Assembly (NCBI GenBank): GCA_023248155.1
Contig: JAHFFE010000001.1
Coordinates: 20,873-84,872 of the forward strand
Direction: 5' to 3'
Length of the DNA: 64,000 nucleotides
Source: Candidatus Omnitrophota bacterium
Lineage (GTDB): Bacteria; Omnitrophota; Gorgyraeia; 1-14-0-20-64-10
Part shown: one piece after another, positions 26,808 to 34,609 of the stretch
How the letters are laid out: the number at the start of each line of letters is the position of its first letter
Position numbering within the stretch: the first letter of the stretch is position 1
Program-made: the position numbers and the translations under genes
The notes under the pieces: generated by a model
What the model saw: only the letters and a program-made list of their open reading frames with translations
Database searches by the model: none
Told to the model about the DNA's origin: nothing

Positions 26808-27347
26808 CTACCGGATACGCGAGCGTCCCAGGCCGAATAGATCGTTCGATTCCTGGTCACGCGGCAATTCGACGGAAAGTTCAAGCGCCTGTCCGCGCTT
26901 TGATACCGAGGCGCGCGTCGCCACCGGCAGATAAACCACGGCGATCACCTTGCCGCGGAGCCAAACCGCGTGCGGCGCCAAATGAAGCCGGCGCAGTTCC
27001 GGCCAATAGGGGTTCAATTCGGAAATCGGCAGCGGCCGCGGTCCGCCGACAATAAATTCAAGGCGGTGATCCCCGTTTTTACGTCGGATCGGGTTGAGCG
27101 TCCAGCCGATATCGGCCGCCGCTTTCGGAACGACCACCACCGCGTCAATCCAGCTGCTGGTTCGGGGCGAGACTGACCGGCGCAACAGCAAGCGCGCGGT
27201 ATCTTCACCGCGCTGAATTCGATACTGCAATGACGGTTCAGTGCTGGAGCGCTGAATCCAGGCGCCCTCCGATTCATAAGCAAAAACCGGCTGCGCCATT
27301 CCAAAAACAGACAGCATGAAAAATAGTATCGGCCACCGCTTTGCCAT
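26808..27347 (-). CDS. Secreted hypothetical protein
   Basis: 179 aa with a signal peptide (MAKRWPILFFMLSVFGMAQPVFA). No recognisable family. Confidence 0.4.
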   Translation of the reverse strand: MAKRWPILFFMLSVFGMAQPVFAYESEGAWIQRSSTEPSLQYRIQRGEDTARLLLRRSVSPRTSSWIDAVVVVPKAAADIGWTLNPIRRKNGDHRLEFIVGGPRPLPISELNPYWPELRRLHLAPHAVWLRGKVIAVVYLPVATRASVSKRGQALELSVELPRDQESNDLFGLGRSRIR

Positions 27348-27501
27348 CAGAAACCCTCCACTGTCTTTTATTGTACCACCCGCAAATTAAGGCCAAAAAC
27401 AGACTTTGTGCTTTTGTGCAAACGGACAATCCCTCTTCCCTTTTTGCCTATGCAAAAGCGATACTTCTATTAGGCAGACAAAGAAACAACCGGAGGACGC
27501 T

Positions 27502-27879
27502 ATGAATATGAAGAAGATTCTGATCATAGACGATGATGCGGAAGTCGGCCAGGTCACCGGTGAGAGCCTGGTAGCCACCGGCCATTATTATGTGCGCGTG
27601 GCCACGCGCGGCGACCAGGGATTACAGCTTTCCCGCCAGTATCATCCGGACTTAATTCTGCTCGACATCGCCATGCCCGGCATGGACGGGTTGTTGGTTC
27701 TGAAAAAATTAAAAGAACGGCTGGACACCATGTCGATTCCGGTCCTAATGCTCAGCGGGAAAACAGACAACGATTCGAAACAGCAGGCCGCCCAGCTTTA
27801 TGATGACGGCTATATTGAAAAACCGGTATTGGTCCAGGATTTAATCGCACGAATCGATAAAGCGATGGCCGGCCGATAA
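27502..27879 (+). CDS. Stand-alone response-regulator receiver (CheY-like)
   Basis: The start is MNMKKILIIDDD at 27502. Conserved receiver residues are present: the acidic pair DD, phospho-acceptor D in LLDIAMPGMDG, and T/S in LMLSGK...K. Confidence 0.7.
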   Translation: MNMKKILIIDDDAEVGQVTGESLVATGHYYVRVATRGDQGLQLSRQYHPDLILLDIAMPGMDGLLVLKKLKERLDTMSIPVLMLSGKTDNDSKQQAAQLYDDGYIEKPVLVQDLIARIDKAMAGR

Positions 27880-27982
27880 AATCAGCGACTCCACTGCAAC
27901 TAATTATTTTCCCGCGGATAAAATCTTTTCCACATAAAAAGAAAATCTGTCTTATACTGAATGACAAAGGAGGGCATTGTCC

Positions 27983-28051
27983 ATGGTAAAGAAAAAAGCT
28001 GCTAAGAAGAAGACGGTTGCCAAGAAAAAGAAGGCTGGCAAGAAGCGTTAG
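27983..28051 (+). CDS. 22-aa poly-Lys micropeptide (MVKKKAAKKKTVAKKKKAGKKR)
   Basis: A Shine-Dalgarno AAGGAGGG lies 7 nt upstream and a perfect intrinsic terminator immediately downstream. The sequence is too short for a family assignment. Confidence 0.3.
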   Translation: MVKKKAAKKKTVAKKKKAGKKR

Positions 28052-28067
28052 TTCTTTAGGGCAAAAA

Positions 28068-28100
28068 GGCGGAAGGAAAATTCCTTCCGCCTTTTTTATT
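28068..28100. terminator. Bidirectional intrinsic terminator
   Basis: Perfect 9-bp stem GGCGGAAGG/CCTTCCGCC with a 6-nt loop, flanked by an A-run and a TTTTTTATT run. It serves the plus-strand micro-ORF and the minus-strand ABC-F gene, whose stop lies at 28096-28098. Confidence 0.7.
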
Positions 28101-29607
28101 GAGGGTTCGCCAGCTCTTTGCGGACCTGCTGCTCGAGACGATAAACATAATCGGAATACGTTCCCGGATAGTGCGCCACGGCCCCGTTACGAACTTCTAG
28201 AATTTGCGTCGCCACCATATTGACGAATGTGCGGTCGTGGCTGATGAAAAATAATGTCCCCTGAAATTTATGCAGTGCAGACCCCAATGCTTCAACCGTT
28301 TCGAAATCGAGATGGTTGGTCGGTTCGTCGAGCAACAGGATGGATCGCTTCATTAACAGCAAACCGGCCAGACACAACCGCGCGCATTCGCCTCCGCTGA
28401 GTACCGCGATTGATTTGCGGACATCATTTCCTTTAAACAAAAACGATCCGGCCATGGCCAGCAATTCCTGACGTGAAACGGAGGGAGCCGCGCACTTTTC
28501 CAAATGCGTGAAAACATCCTGCGTTTTATCAAGCGCCGCCACCACATGCTGCGCGTAATAAGCCACCTCGCAATGGAACCCCCACCGCATCGTTCCGCCG
28601 CGCGCCGGCAAATCACCGGCAATCGTCCGCATGAAAGTGGTTTTGCCCTGCCCGTTTTCTCCGAGAATCGCGATGCGCGCGCCATGATCGGCATCGACGC
28701 GGATTCCTTTCGCCACCAATTTCTCCGGATAACCGATTTCCAGATCTTTGCAGCGGAACGCGACGCCCTGCCGTTTCGGCAGTTCCGGAATCCGGATATG
28801 CACATTGCTTTGCGCTTCGGCGATTTCGATCGTTTCAAGTTTCTCGATCTGTTTCATTTTAGAGCGGGCCTGACTGGCTTTGGAAGCGGTCGCGCCGAAA
28901 CGGTCGACGAACCGCTGCAGCTGTTTGCGCTTTTCCTCAACACCGCGGTTGTAATTGACGGCTTGTTGCTCCTGTTCCTGCTTGAACGTTAAATATTCAG
29001 CCACCGTTCCGGGGTAAAGCGTCAGCTGGCCGTTTTCGGCTTCCAGTGTATGATCGCAGGTTTTCTTCAAAAATTCGCGGTCGTGCGAAACAATGATGAA
29101 TCCGCCGTTGAAATCCTGCAGAAACTCTTCGAGCAAGATGAGTGTTTTTAAGTCGAGGTAGTTGGACGGTTCATCGAGAATTAAAAAATTGGGGTCGCTC
29201 AAAAACATCGCGGTCAGCTTCATGCGCGTTTGATAACCGCCCGAAAGGCTTTTTACTTTCATGCCCAGCTGATCGTTGCTGATTTGGAACCGCGCGGCCA
29301 GTTCGCCGCAGCGCCAGGCCTCTTCGCCGGTATAACGCGTCAGGAACTCCAGAACCGTTTCAGCGTGGGTAAATGGATCGTGCTGTTCCAAATAACTTAA
29401 CCGCAGGTTATTGCTTTGGATCACCTGTCCGTCATCGGCGGCTTCCTGTCCGATAATAATTTTGCACAGCGTTGATTTGCCGGCGCCGTTGCGCCCGATA
29501 AATCCGGCTTTTTGTTCGCTGTTGAGCGTGACGGTGGCGTTGTCAAAAATAACGCGCGCGCCGTAGCTTTTGTGGATTTCTTTGAGTTGCAAAATGGCAG
29601 GCTGCAT
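28096..29607 (-). CDS. ABC-F family ATPase (two tandem ABC domains, no TM domain)
   Basis: 503 aa with two Walker A motifs (GRNGAGKST, GENGQGKTT), two LSGG signatures and an inter-domain linker. Confidence 0.85.
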   Translation of the reverse strand: MQPAILQLKEIHKSYGARVIFDNATVTLNSEQKAGFIGRNGAGKSTLCKIIIGQEAADDGQVIQSNNLRLSYLEQHDPFTHAETVLEFLTRYTGEEAWRCGELAARFQISNDQLGMKVKSLSGGYQTRMKLTAMFLSDPNFLILDEPSNYLDLKTLILLEEFLQDFNGGFIIVSHDREFLKKTCDHTLEAENGQLTLYPGTVAEYLTFKQEQEQQAVNYNRGVEEKRKQLQRFVDRFGATASKASQARSKMKQIEKLETIEIAEAQSNVHIRIPELPKRQGVAFRCKDLEIGYPEKLVAKGIRVDADHGARIAILGENGQGKTTFMRTIAGDLPARGGTMRWGFHCEVAYYAQHVVAALDKTQDVFTHLEKCAAPSVSRQELLAMAGSFLFKGNDVRKSIAVLSGGECARLCLAGLLLMKRSILLLDEPTNHLDFETVEALGSALHKFQGTLFFISHDRTFVNMVATQILEVRNGAVAHYPGTYSDYVYRLEQQVRKELANPQ

Positions 29608-29622
29608 GTCAGTGACGGCGAA

Positions 29623-30678
29623 CTATGATGAAATCGCGACACCCTTCCTGACCAACAGGTCCCGCACTCCGCGAATCACAGGGAATATTTCCTGGTTCCA
29701 GTCGGCGCCCTGGTTATCGTGCGCTTTCTGTTCCAGCTCCATAATCCAGCGGTCCTCGGCAAAAATACCGTCGGTAAACCAGACGATCGCCGGCCAGAGC
29801 AGATGGATCAGTCCGGGAATCGATGGTTTGCGGATCATCATCAATCCAAAGCTGTGGTTTGCTTTTTGCGCACGGTCGGTCGGCACATAGGCCAGCCAAA
29901 GATCGAGCGACGGTTTCTCCTGCTCGGCGCTGGTAAACTGCAGCGTCTGATACGGGTATTGCGTGCGGATCGTCATTAAATCATGCTCGCGCAGCTTGGC
30001 CGCTCCCTCTTTCTTGCCGATCATGAACCGCTCGCCCAGCGACTGCTTTCCGCTCACGCGCTTGAAGGTGTACGAAGCTTCAAACCAGTCGTCACCTGAT
30101 TTGGAACCCAGCAGCGTGGGCCGAATCCCTCCCATCAACTTGCGGTGCAGAAACTGGTGATTCATATCGAGCAGATTTTCATGCATGAAGGAGTAGTGGC
30201 ACTTTACGTCGCGGTCAAGAATTCGCGTTTTATAATGGGGATCCTTCTGTGAGGGAACCTCGGGAAACCGTCCCTCAGCCTTGGCCGGGTCGCCCGGAAA
30301 AATAAACAGAAGCCCGTACGCTTCGCGGCACGGATAACTTCGGACGCCATTGGGAAGCGCCTCCCGTTTGTCGAGATAAGGAACGCCGATGCATTTGCCG
30401 GACTTATCGTAGGTCCATCCATGATACCCGCAGCGGATCTGTTCTCCGGCTACGACGCCGACGCTGAGCGGAACCTGCCGATGCGCGCAGCGGTCTTCCA
30501 GCGCAAAAAGAGCGCCGGTTTTGGCGCGAACAATGACAATCGGCTCGCCGGCAAATACGGCGGCGATCGCCTTGCCGGGCTTGAGCTTATGCGAGCGGGC
30601 TACAGGATACCAGTAATCGCGGTCAATGCCGGCTTTTCGCAGGTCGATAATATCAGTCGGACGCATGGTTGTTTCCAC
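29623..30678 (-). CDS. Rieske [2Fe-2S] non-haem iron oxygenase (PaO/Tic55-like)
   Basis: Rieske motif CAHRQVPLS...CGYHGW (CxH-x16-CxxH) and a mononuclear iron motif ENLLDMNHQFLHRK (E/D-x3-D-x2-H-x4-H). Confidence 0.7.
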   Translation of the reverse strand: METTMRPTDIIDLRKAGIDRDYWYPVARSHKLKPGKAIAAVFAGEPIVIVRAKTGALFALEDRCAHRQVPLSVGVVAGEQIRCGYHGWTYDKSGKCIGVPYLDKREALPNGVRSYPCREAYGLLFIFPGDPAKAEGRFPEVPSQKDPHYKTRILDRDVKCHYSFMHENLLDMNHQFLHRKLMGGIRPTLLGSKSGDDWFEASYTFKRVSGKQSLGERFMIGKKEGAAKLREHDLMTIRTQYPYQTLQFTSAEQEKPSLDLWLAYVPTDRAQKANHSFGLMMIRKPSIPGLIHLLWPAIVWFTDGIFAEDRWIMELEQKAHDNQGADWNQEIFPVIRGVRDLLVRKGVAISS

Positions 30679-30681
30679 GCT

Positions 30682-31359
30682 TTATTGTACCATTTCAATT
30701 TGCAGATGCATTAGGTTGCCGCTTCCCTGCTTCTCATAGCCATTCATCTGAATGGGGTTATTAAAACCCGGCCCGTCCAGAACCAGCGTATGGTATTCGC
30801 CGTTCTCTCCGCAAAGGTCCAGTCCGGTTTCCGCGGCAATAACCCGCAGTTGTTGCAGCGTTTCGAGCGTGATTTCTTTTCCCAGCCAGTCGTTTGTAAA
30901 CCACGGTTTTTTTACGCACGAAAAAATGATTTGGAATTTTTTTTCTATGAGCCGGCTCATTAACTCACTTCTATCGCGGCCCCAGAGCGGCGTTACTACC
31001 TCAACACCGGAACCTTGACTGCACTGCCGAATCCAGTTCGGGTGACCCTCTACTTCGGCGATATCACCCGTCACCAGAACTTCAATGCCATACTGTTCGT
31101 TTAAAGAACGGATCGCTCGTTCATACCCATCGCGAAACGGTTCGTGGATAATCATCGTCTGGTGCGGAAGGTTCATCGCTGCGGCCTGAGCTTTCATGAA
31201 ACCAACGGGGTGCGCTAAAAATTCAGCCCGCTCCGGAACAAATGTGACCAGCCGGTCGATCACATATCCGGCCTGACGCGCCTCGTAAAGCGCCAGCCCG
31301 CAATCTTTTCCGCCGGTCCAGGCCACTGCTGTTTTCAAGCTACAGCTGGGCAAGCGCAT
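30682..31359 (-). CDS. PP-loop ATP pyrophosphatase of the diphthine-ammonia ligase (Dph6/MJ0570) family
   Basis: 225 aa with an N-terminal AVAWTGGKDCG (variant SGGKDS PP-loop). The fold pattern resembles the ATP-binding domain 4 family. Confidence 0.55.
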   Translation of the reverse strand: MRLPSCSLKTAVAWTGGKDCGLALYEARQAGYVIDRLVTFVPERAEFLAHPVGFMKAQAAAMNLPHQTMIIHEPFRDGYERAIRSLNEQYGIEVLVTGDIAEVEGHPNWIRQCSQGSGVEVVTPLWGRDRSELMSRLIEKKFQIIFSCVKKPWFTNDWLGKEITLETLQQLRVIAAETGLDLCGENGEYHTLVLDGPGFNNPIQMNGYEKQGSGNLMHLQIEMVQ

Positions 31360-31420
31360 CGTGGGCTTCGGCCACGATCAAAAGTAGGGCAATGACTATT
31401 TCTTTCATCTTCCCCACCCG

Positions 31421-31906
31421 CTAACTAAGCCAAAACATACCAAAGCAGGTTGCGCACAGCAAGAGAGCGATCCCCGCAAGGATGGCCAGCCCAACGAAAA
31501 ACCCGGTAACAACACGGCCATATCCTTTTTGTTTCAACCACACGAAAAGAATGATCGTTCCTAGCAAATAAAAAATCCACAGCCAATTAAACGATAGGCT
31601 TCCAAAAAACAAGGGCAAAATAAAATAACTGATAGGCAAGATAGACCATAACGCAAAAAGAGCCATTCCCCGCAATATTTGTTTTCGTTCATCAGGCATT
31701 AATTTTTCATCCTTCTTCCAAGCCATCACGATAAATCCGATTGTAATAAAAAGGAAAATAAGGGAAACATAGAAAGAATTCAATCGCCAGCTCGCCATCA
31801 ATAAATAGAATATATAGAAAAAACCTATTATGATGCTCTTCCATATTAAACCTAGTACCATTCTTGGCGTTTTTTCTTTGTTTTTGTTCTGTGGTTCATC
31901 CGACAT
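31421..31906 (-). CDS. Hypothetical polytopic membrane protein in an AT-rich segment
   Basis: 161 aa with about five TM helices. GC content is visibly lower than its surroundings across ~31560-31900. It overlaps the radical-SAM gene start by 11 nt. Confidence 0.45.
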   Translation of the reverse strand: MSDEPQNKNKEKTPRMVLGLIWKSIIIGFFYIFYLLMASWRLNSFYVSLIFLFITIGFIVMAWKKDEKLMPDERKQILRGMALFALWSILPISYFILPLFFGSLSFNWLWIFYLLGTIILFVWLKQKGYGRVVTGFFVGLAILAGIALLLCATCFGMFWLS

Positions 31907-33323
31907 TGGTTTTCTCCTCCTGTAGGCGGCGGAGCGGGGCTAACCGCGTTTGCTCCAGATCATCCCGATAAAACAGGTTGTAGGTATCAAACGGAATAAG
32001 CCGTCCATCCGGATGCGCAATATGAACACAGGTTTTTTTGACGGATCGGACATCAAATGAATGCGCGTCGATAAACTGCACGATTAAAATGCGAAACAGG
32101 TTTTGATAGGTAATCCCTTGCGGCAGCGCCACTTTCGGCAAACAGCAGAGCAGCTCCTTCAAACGGGAAAGACCCGCTTGGGGGGAGTTGGCTGTTGAGA
32201 ATAATTTGAAAACGCCCTGCCGGACCACATCATCTTTCTCGTAAACAATCGTATTGCGGCCGCCTTCGATAAGGACTTTTGGATCAATCAGTCCGGTCAG
32301 AGGAATCACGCGTCCATTAAGCTTCAATGCGTAGGCCATCGCCAAACTATCCGGATGGCACGGAACCGGTATCAAATCCTCCGGTTTGAAGATCGAACTC
32401 TGTTCCAGAATTTTCCGACGGACTTCAGTGAGTGTAAGCCTGTCGCGCGCTGGATCATACCCTTCCAACCGCCCAGCCGCTTGAATCGGTTGAAATGTAA
32501 CGCCGCGAACGCACGGCTGTTGAACAGCATATTCTATAATTTGACCCAGCTCGCCGTCGTTAAGGCCTTTTTTCAAAGTGACCACCAGCGTGGTGGAAAT
32601 ACCCAGCCGGTTCAACCGCTCCAACGCTTTTTCACGGATGGAACGCAAGTCCGCGCCACGCAATTCTGCAAGCGCCTCTTTGCGAAAAGAATCAAACTGT
32701 AGATAGACTTCAAACCCGGGCATATAGCTGGACAAACGCTTGGCGAATTCCTCGTCCTGCGCGATCCGAATTCCATTGGTGTTAACCATCAAATGCTTGA
32801 TCGGCCGGGTCTTGGCCATATCCAGAATTTTGAAAAAATCGGGGTGCAGTGTCGGTTCCCCGCCAGAGATTTGCACGATGTCCGGTTCTTTCTCGTTGCG
32901 CACGATGGCGTCCAGCATCTTTTCGACCAGCGCAAGGTCCCGGTGTTGAGGGCGCCCCGGCCCGCTGCCTGCATAGCAGATGGGGCATTCCAGGTTGCAG
33001 TGGTCGTTGATTTCCAGCAGCGTGAGGCAGGAATGCTGCTCGTGGTCTGCGCACAATCCGCAATCGTACGGGCAGCCCCATTTAACCGGCGTGTTGAACT
33101 GCATCGGCATTTCGGCCGGCTTAATGAACACCTCGCGGCAGCGGCGGTAATAGTCAATGTCATCGGCAATCAACACTTTTTCGGAGCCATGCTGCGGGCA
33201 GCGTTTCACCATAAAAACATTGCCGTCCTCAAACAGAATTTTGCCCTCAACCTTCTGAAAGCAGGTGGAGCAGATCGAAACTGCTACATCGTAAAAAAGG
33301 TAAGGTCGTACACGTTCGCTCAC
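31896..33323 (-). CDS. Radical-SAM enzyme with N-terminal Cys-rich zinc-ribbon-like extension
   Basis: 475 aa. CNLECPICYA is the CxxxCxxC radical-SAM motif and GGEPTLHP the SAM-binding motif. N-terminal to the core are SICSTCFQ...(19)...CPQHG (a C-x2-C...C-x2-H knuckle pair) and WGCPYDCGLCADHEQHSC. No SPASM or twitch Cys cluster follows. Confidence 0.7.
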   Translation of the reverse strand: MSERVRPYLFYDVAVSICSTCFQKVEGKILFEDGNVFMVKRCPQHGSEKVLIADDIDYYRRCREVFIKPAEMPMQFNTPVKWGCPYDCGLCADHEQHSCLTLLEINDHCNLECPICYAGSGPGRPQHRDLALVEKMLDAIVRNEKEPDIVQISGGEPTLHPDFFKILDMAKTRPIKHLMVNTNGIRIAQDEEFAKRLSSYMPGFEVYLQFDSFRKEALAELRGADLRSIREKALERLNRLGISTTLVVTLKKGLNDGELGQIIEYAVQQPCVRGVTFQPIQAAGRLEGYDPARDRLTLTEVRRKILEQSSIFKPEDLIPVPCHPDSLAMAYALKLNGRVIPLTGLIDPKVLIEGGRNTIVYEKDDVVRQGVFKLFSTANSPQAGLSRLKELLCCLPKVALPQGITYQNLFRILIVQFIDAHSFDVRSVKKTCVHIAHPDGRLIPFDTYNLFYRDDLEQTRLAPLRRLQEEKTNVG

Positions 33324-34072
33324 GATCGGTTGGCCTCCTGCCCATAGAACAACTGTGGAATATCACGGCGATAATAGACCAACACAGCAACACAAACCCA
33401 CTGGATAGCGGTAAGTCCGAGAAATGGAACCGCCGGCTTGAGAAAATCAACAACCAGCCGAAAACCCATGTAGGCCACCATAAACGCCTTGAATAACTCC
33501 CCTTCTCGGTGCGGCTTACGGCCAAGCCGCCAAAGCCAAATCGTCAGTGCAATCATAAAGAGAATCTCGTAGATCTGTACCGGATGACGCAAAATCCCAT
33601 CTCCAAAATCAACCCCCAAGGGAAGTTGGGTTGGTAAGCCAAAAGTGTGATCGCTTAGGCCCGTCAGAAAACAACCGATCCTCCCAATGGCGATTCCTGC
33701 CGCCAAAGGAATCGCGAACAGATCTCCTGTCGGACGAGTCACGCCTATTCGCCGCTTCATCCATTCCACAGCCAGCAATCCTCCGGCCAGCGCTCCAACA
33801 ATCGTTTTCCCGCTAATCAAATAGGCCGGATGATGCCAATTCTTCAGTGTCAGGCCAGGATCTACAAACCAGAAAAGGATTTTGCTTCCGGCCGCCGCCC
33901 CGAGAATTGCCGCGGCAATAATGGTCATCCGCTGGGCATAACCGAGAGTGTCACCGGTGCGGGCGCGCTGCCAGAAATAAATTCGCGCCGCAATAAAATA
34001 GGAGAGCGTCTCAAAAAACAGATGCGGGTGAACTCGCCAAGGACCGATACTCAGATAAACCGGAAATGTCAT
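33320..34072 (-). CDS. Prolipoprotein diacylglyceryl transferase (Lgt) family protein
   Basis: 250 aa with seven predicted TM helices and an Lgt-like RIGCFLTGLSDHTFG (compare G.R.GNF.NGE) and GKTIVGALAGG. Its start overlaps the radical-SAM stop by 4 nt. Confidence 0.65.
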   Translation of the reverse strand: MTFPVYLSIGPWRVHPHLFFETLSYFIAARIYFWQRARTGDTLGYAQRMTIIAAAILGAAAGSKILFWFVDPGLTLKNWHHPAYLISGKTIVGALAGGLLAVEWMKRRIGVTRPTGDLFAIPLAAGIAIGRIGCFLTGLSDHTFGLPTQLPLGVDFGDGILRHPVQIYEILFMIALTIWLWRLGRKPHREGELFKAFMVAYMGFRLVVDFLKPAVPFLGLTAIQWVCVAVLVYYRRDIPQLFYGQEANRS

Positions 34073-34584
34073 TATTTGCCCCGCATAAACAGTATTGTTT
34101 CAAATAGAAAAAGCCCAATCGTGATCAAGATGACCTGCAGGCCAAATCCCGCGGCAGGACGAGGAAGCGTAAGAAGTTCCACGCTCCATTCCGGTTTTAA
34201 TGAAATTACTTTGAGCGTTTCGCGGACAGCGAGCGCAATGATCGCCCCGCTGACGAGCATTGTCAGCATGTGGATCAAATATTCAAGCGGAGGAATCCCG
34301 CCCAAAGAAGAACGGCTCTTCGGTTCCAGAAGAACATCTGTCAACGAATTGATTAGATCGGCTAGCAACAACAGCGGCAGGACAAGGGCATAAACCCCTT
34401 GTGCGTGGACAAACATCACCCACAAAAGAATAGTGAGAAACAAAATTTCGCGAAAGAGATGGGTAATCTGCTCTCCCCGGCTGGAGACTTGCTTATATAA
34501 CCGGAAGCGGTAAATATGAAAATAACCAACATCCAGAACACCTAAAAGCGAAAATCCGCACATCAGATAAAACAAATTCTGCAT
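34072..34584 (-). CDS. Hypothetical polytopic membrane protein
   Basis: 170 aa with about five TM helices. Its stop overlaps the Lgt-like start. No family recognised. Confidence 0.4.
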   Translation of the reverse strand: MQNLFYLMCGFSLLGVLDVGYFHIYRFRLYKQVSSRGEQITHLFREILFLTILLWVMFVHAQGVYALVLPLLLLADLINSLTDVLLEPKSRSSLGGIPPLEYLIHMLTMLVSGAIIALAVRETLKVISLKPEWSVELLTLPRPAAGFGLQVILITIGLFLFETILFMRGK

Positions 34585-34609
34585 TGCGCCTCCAAATTCT
34601 TATCTTTTA

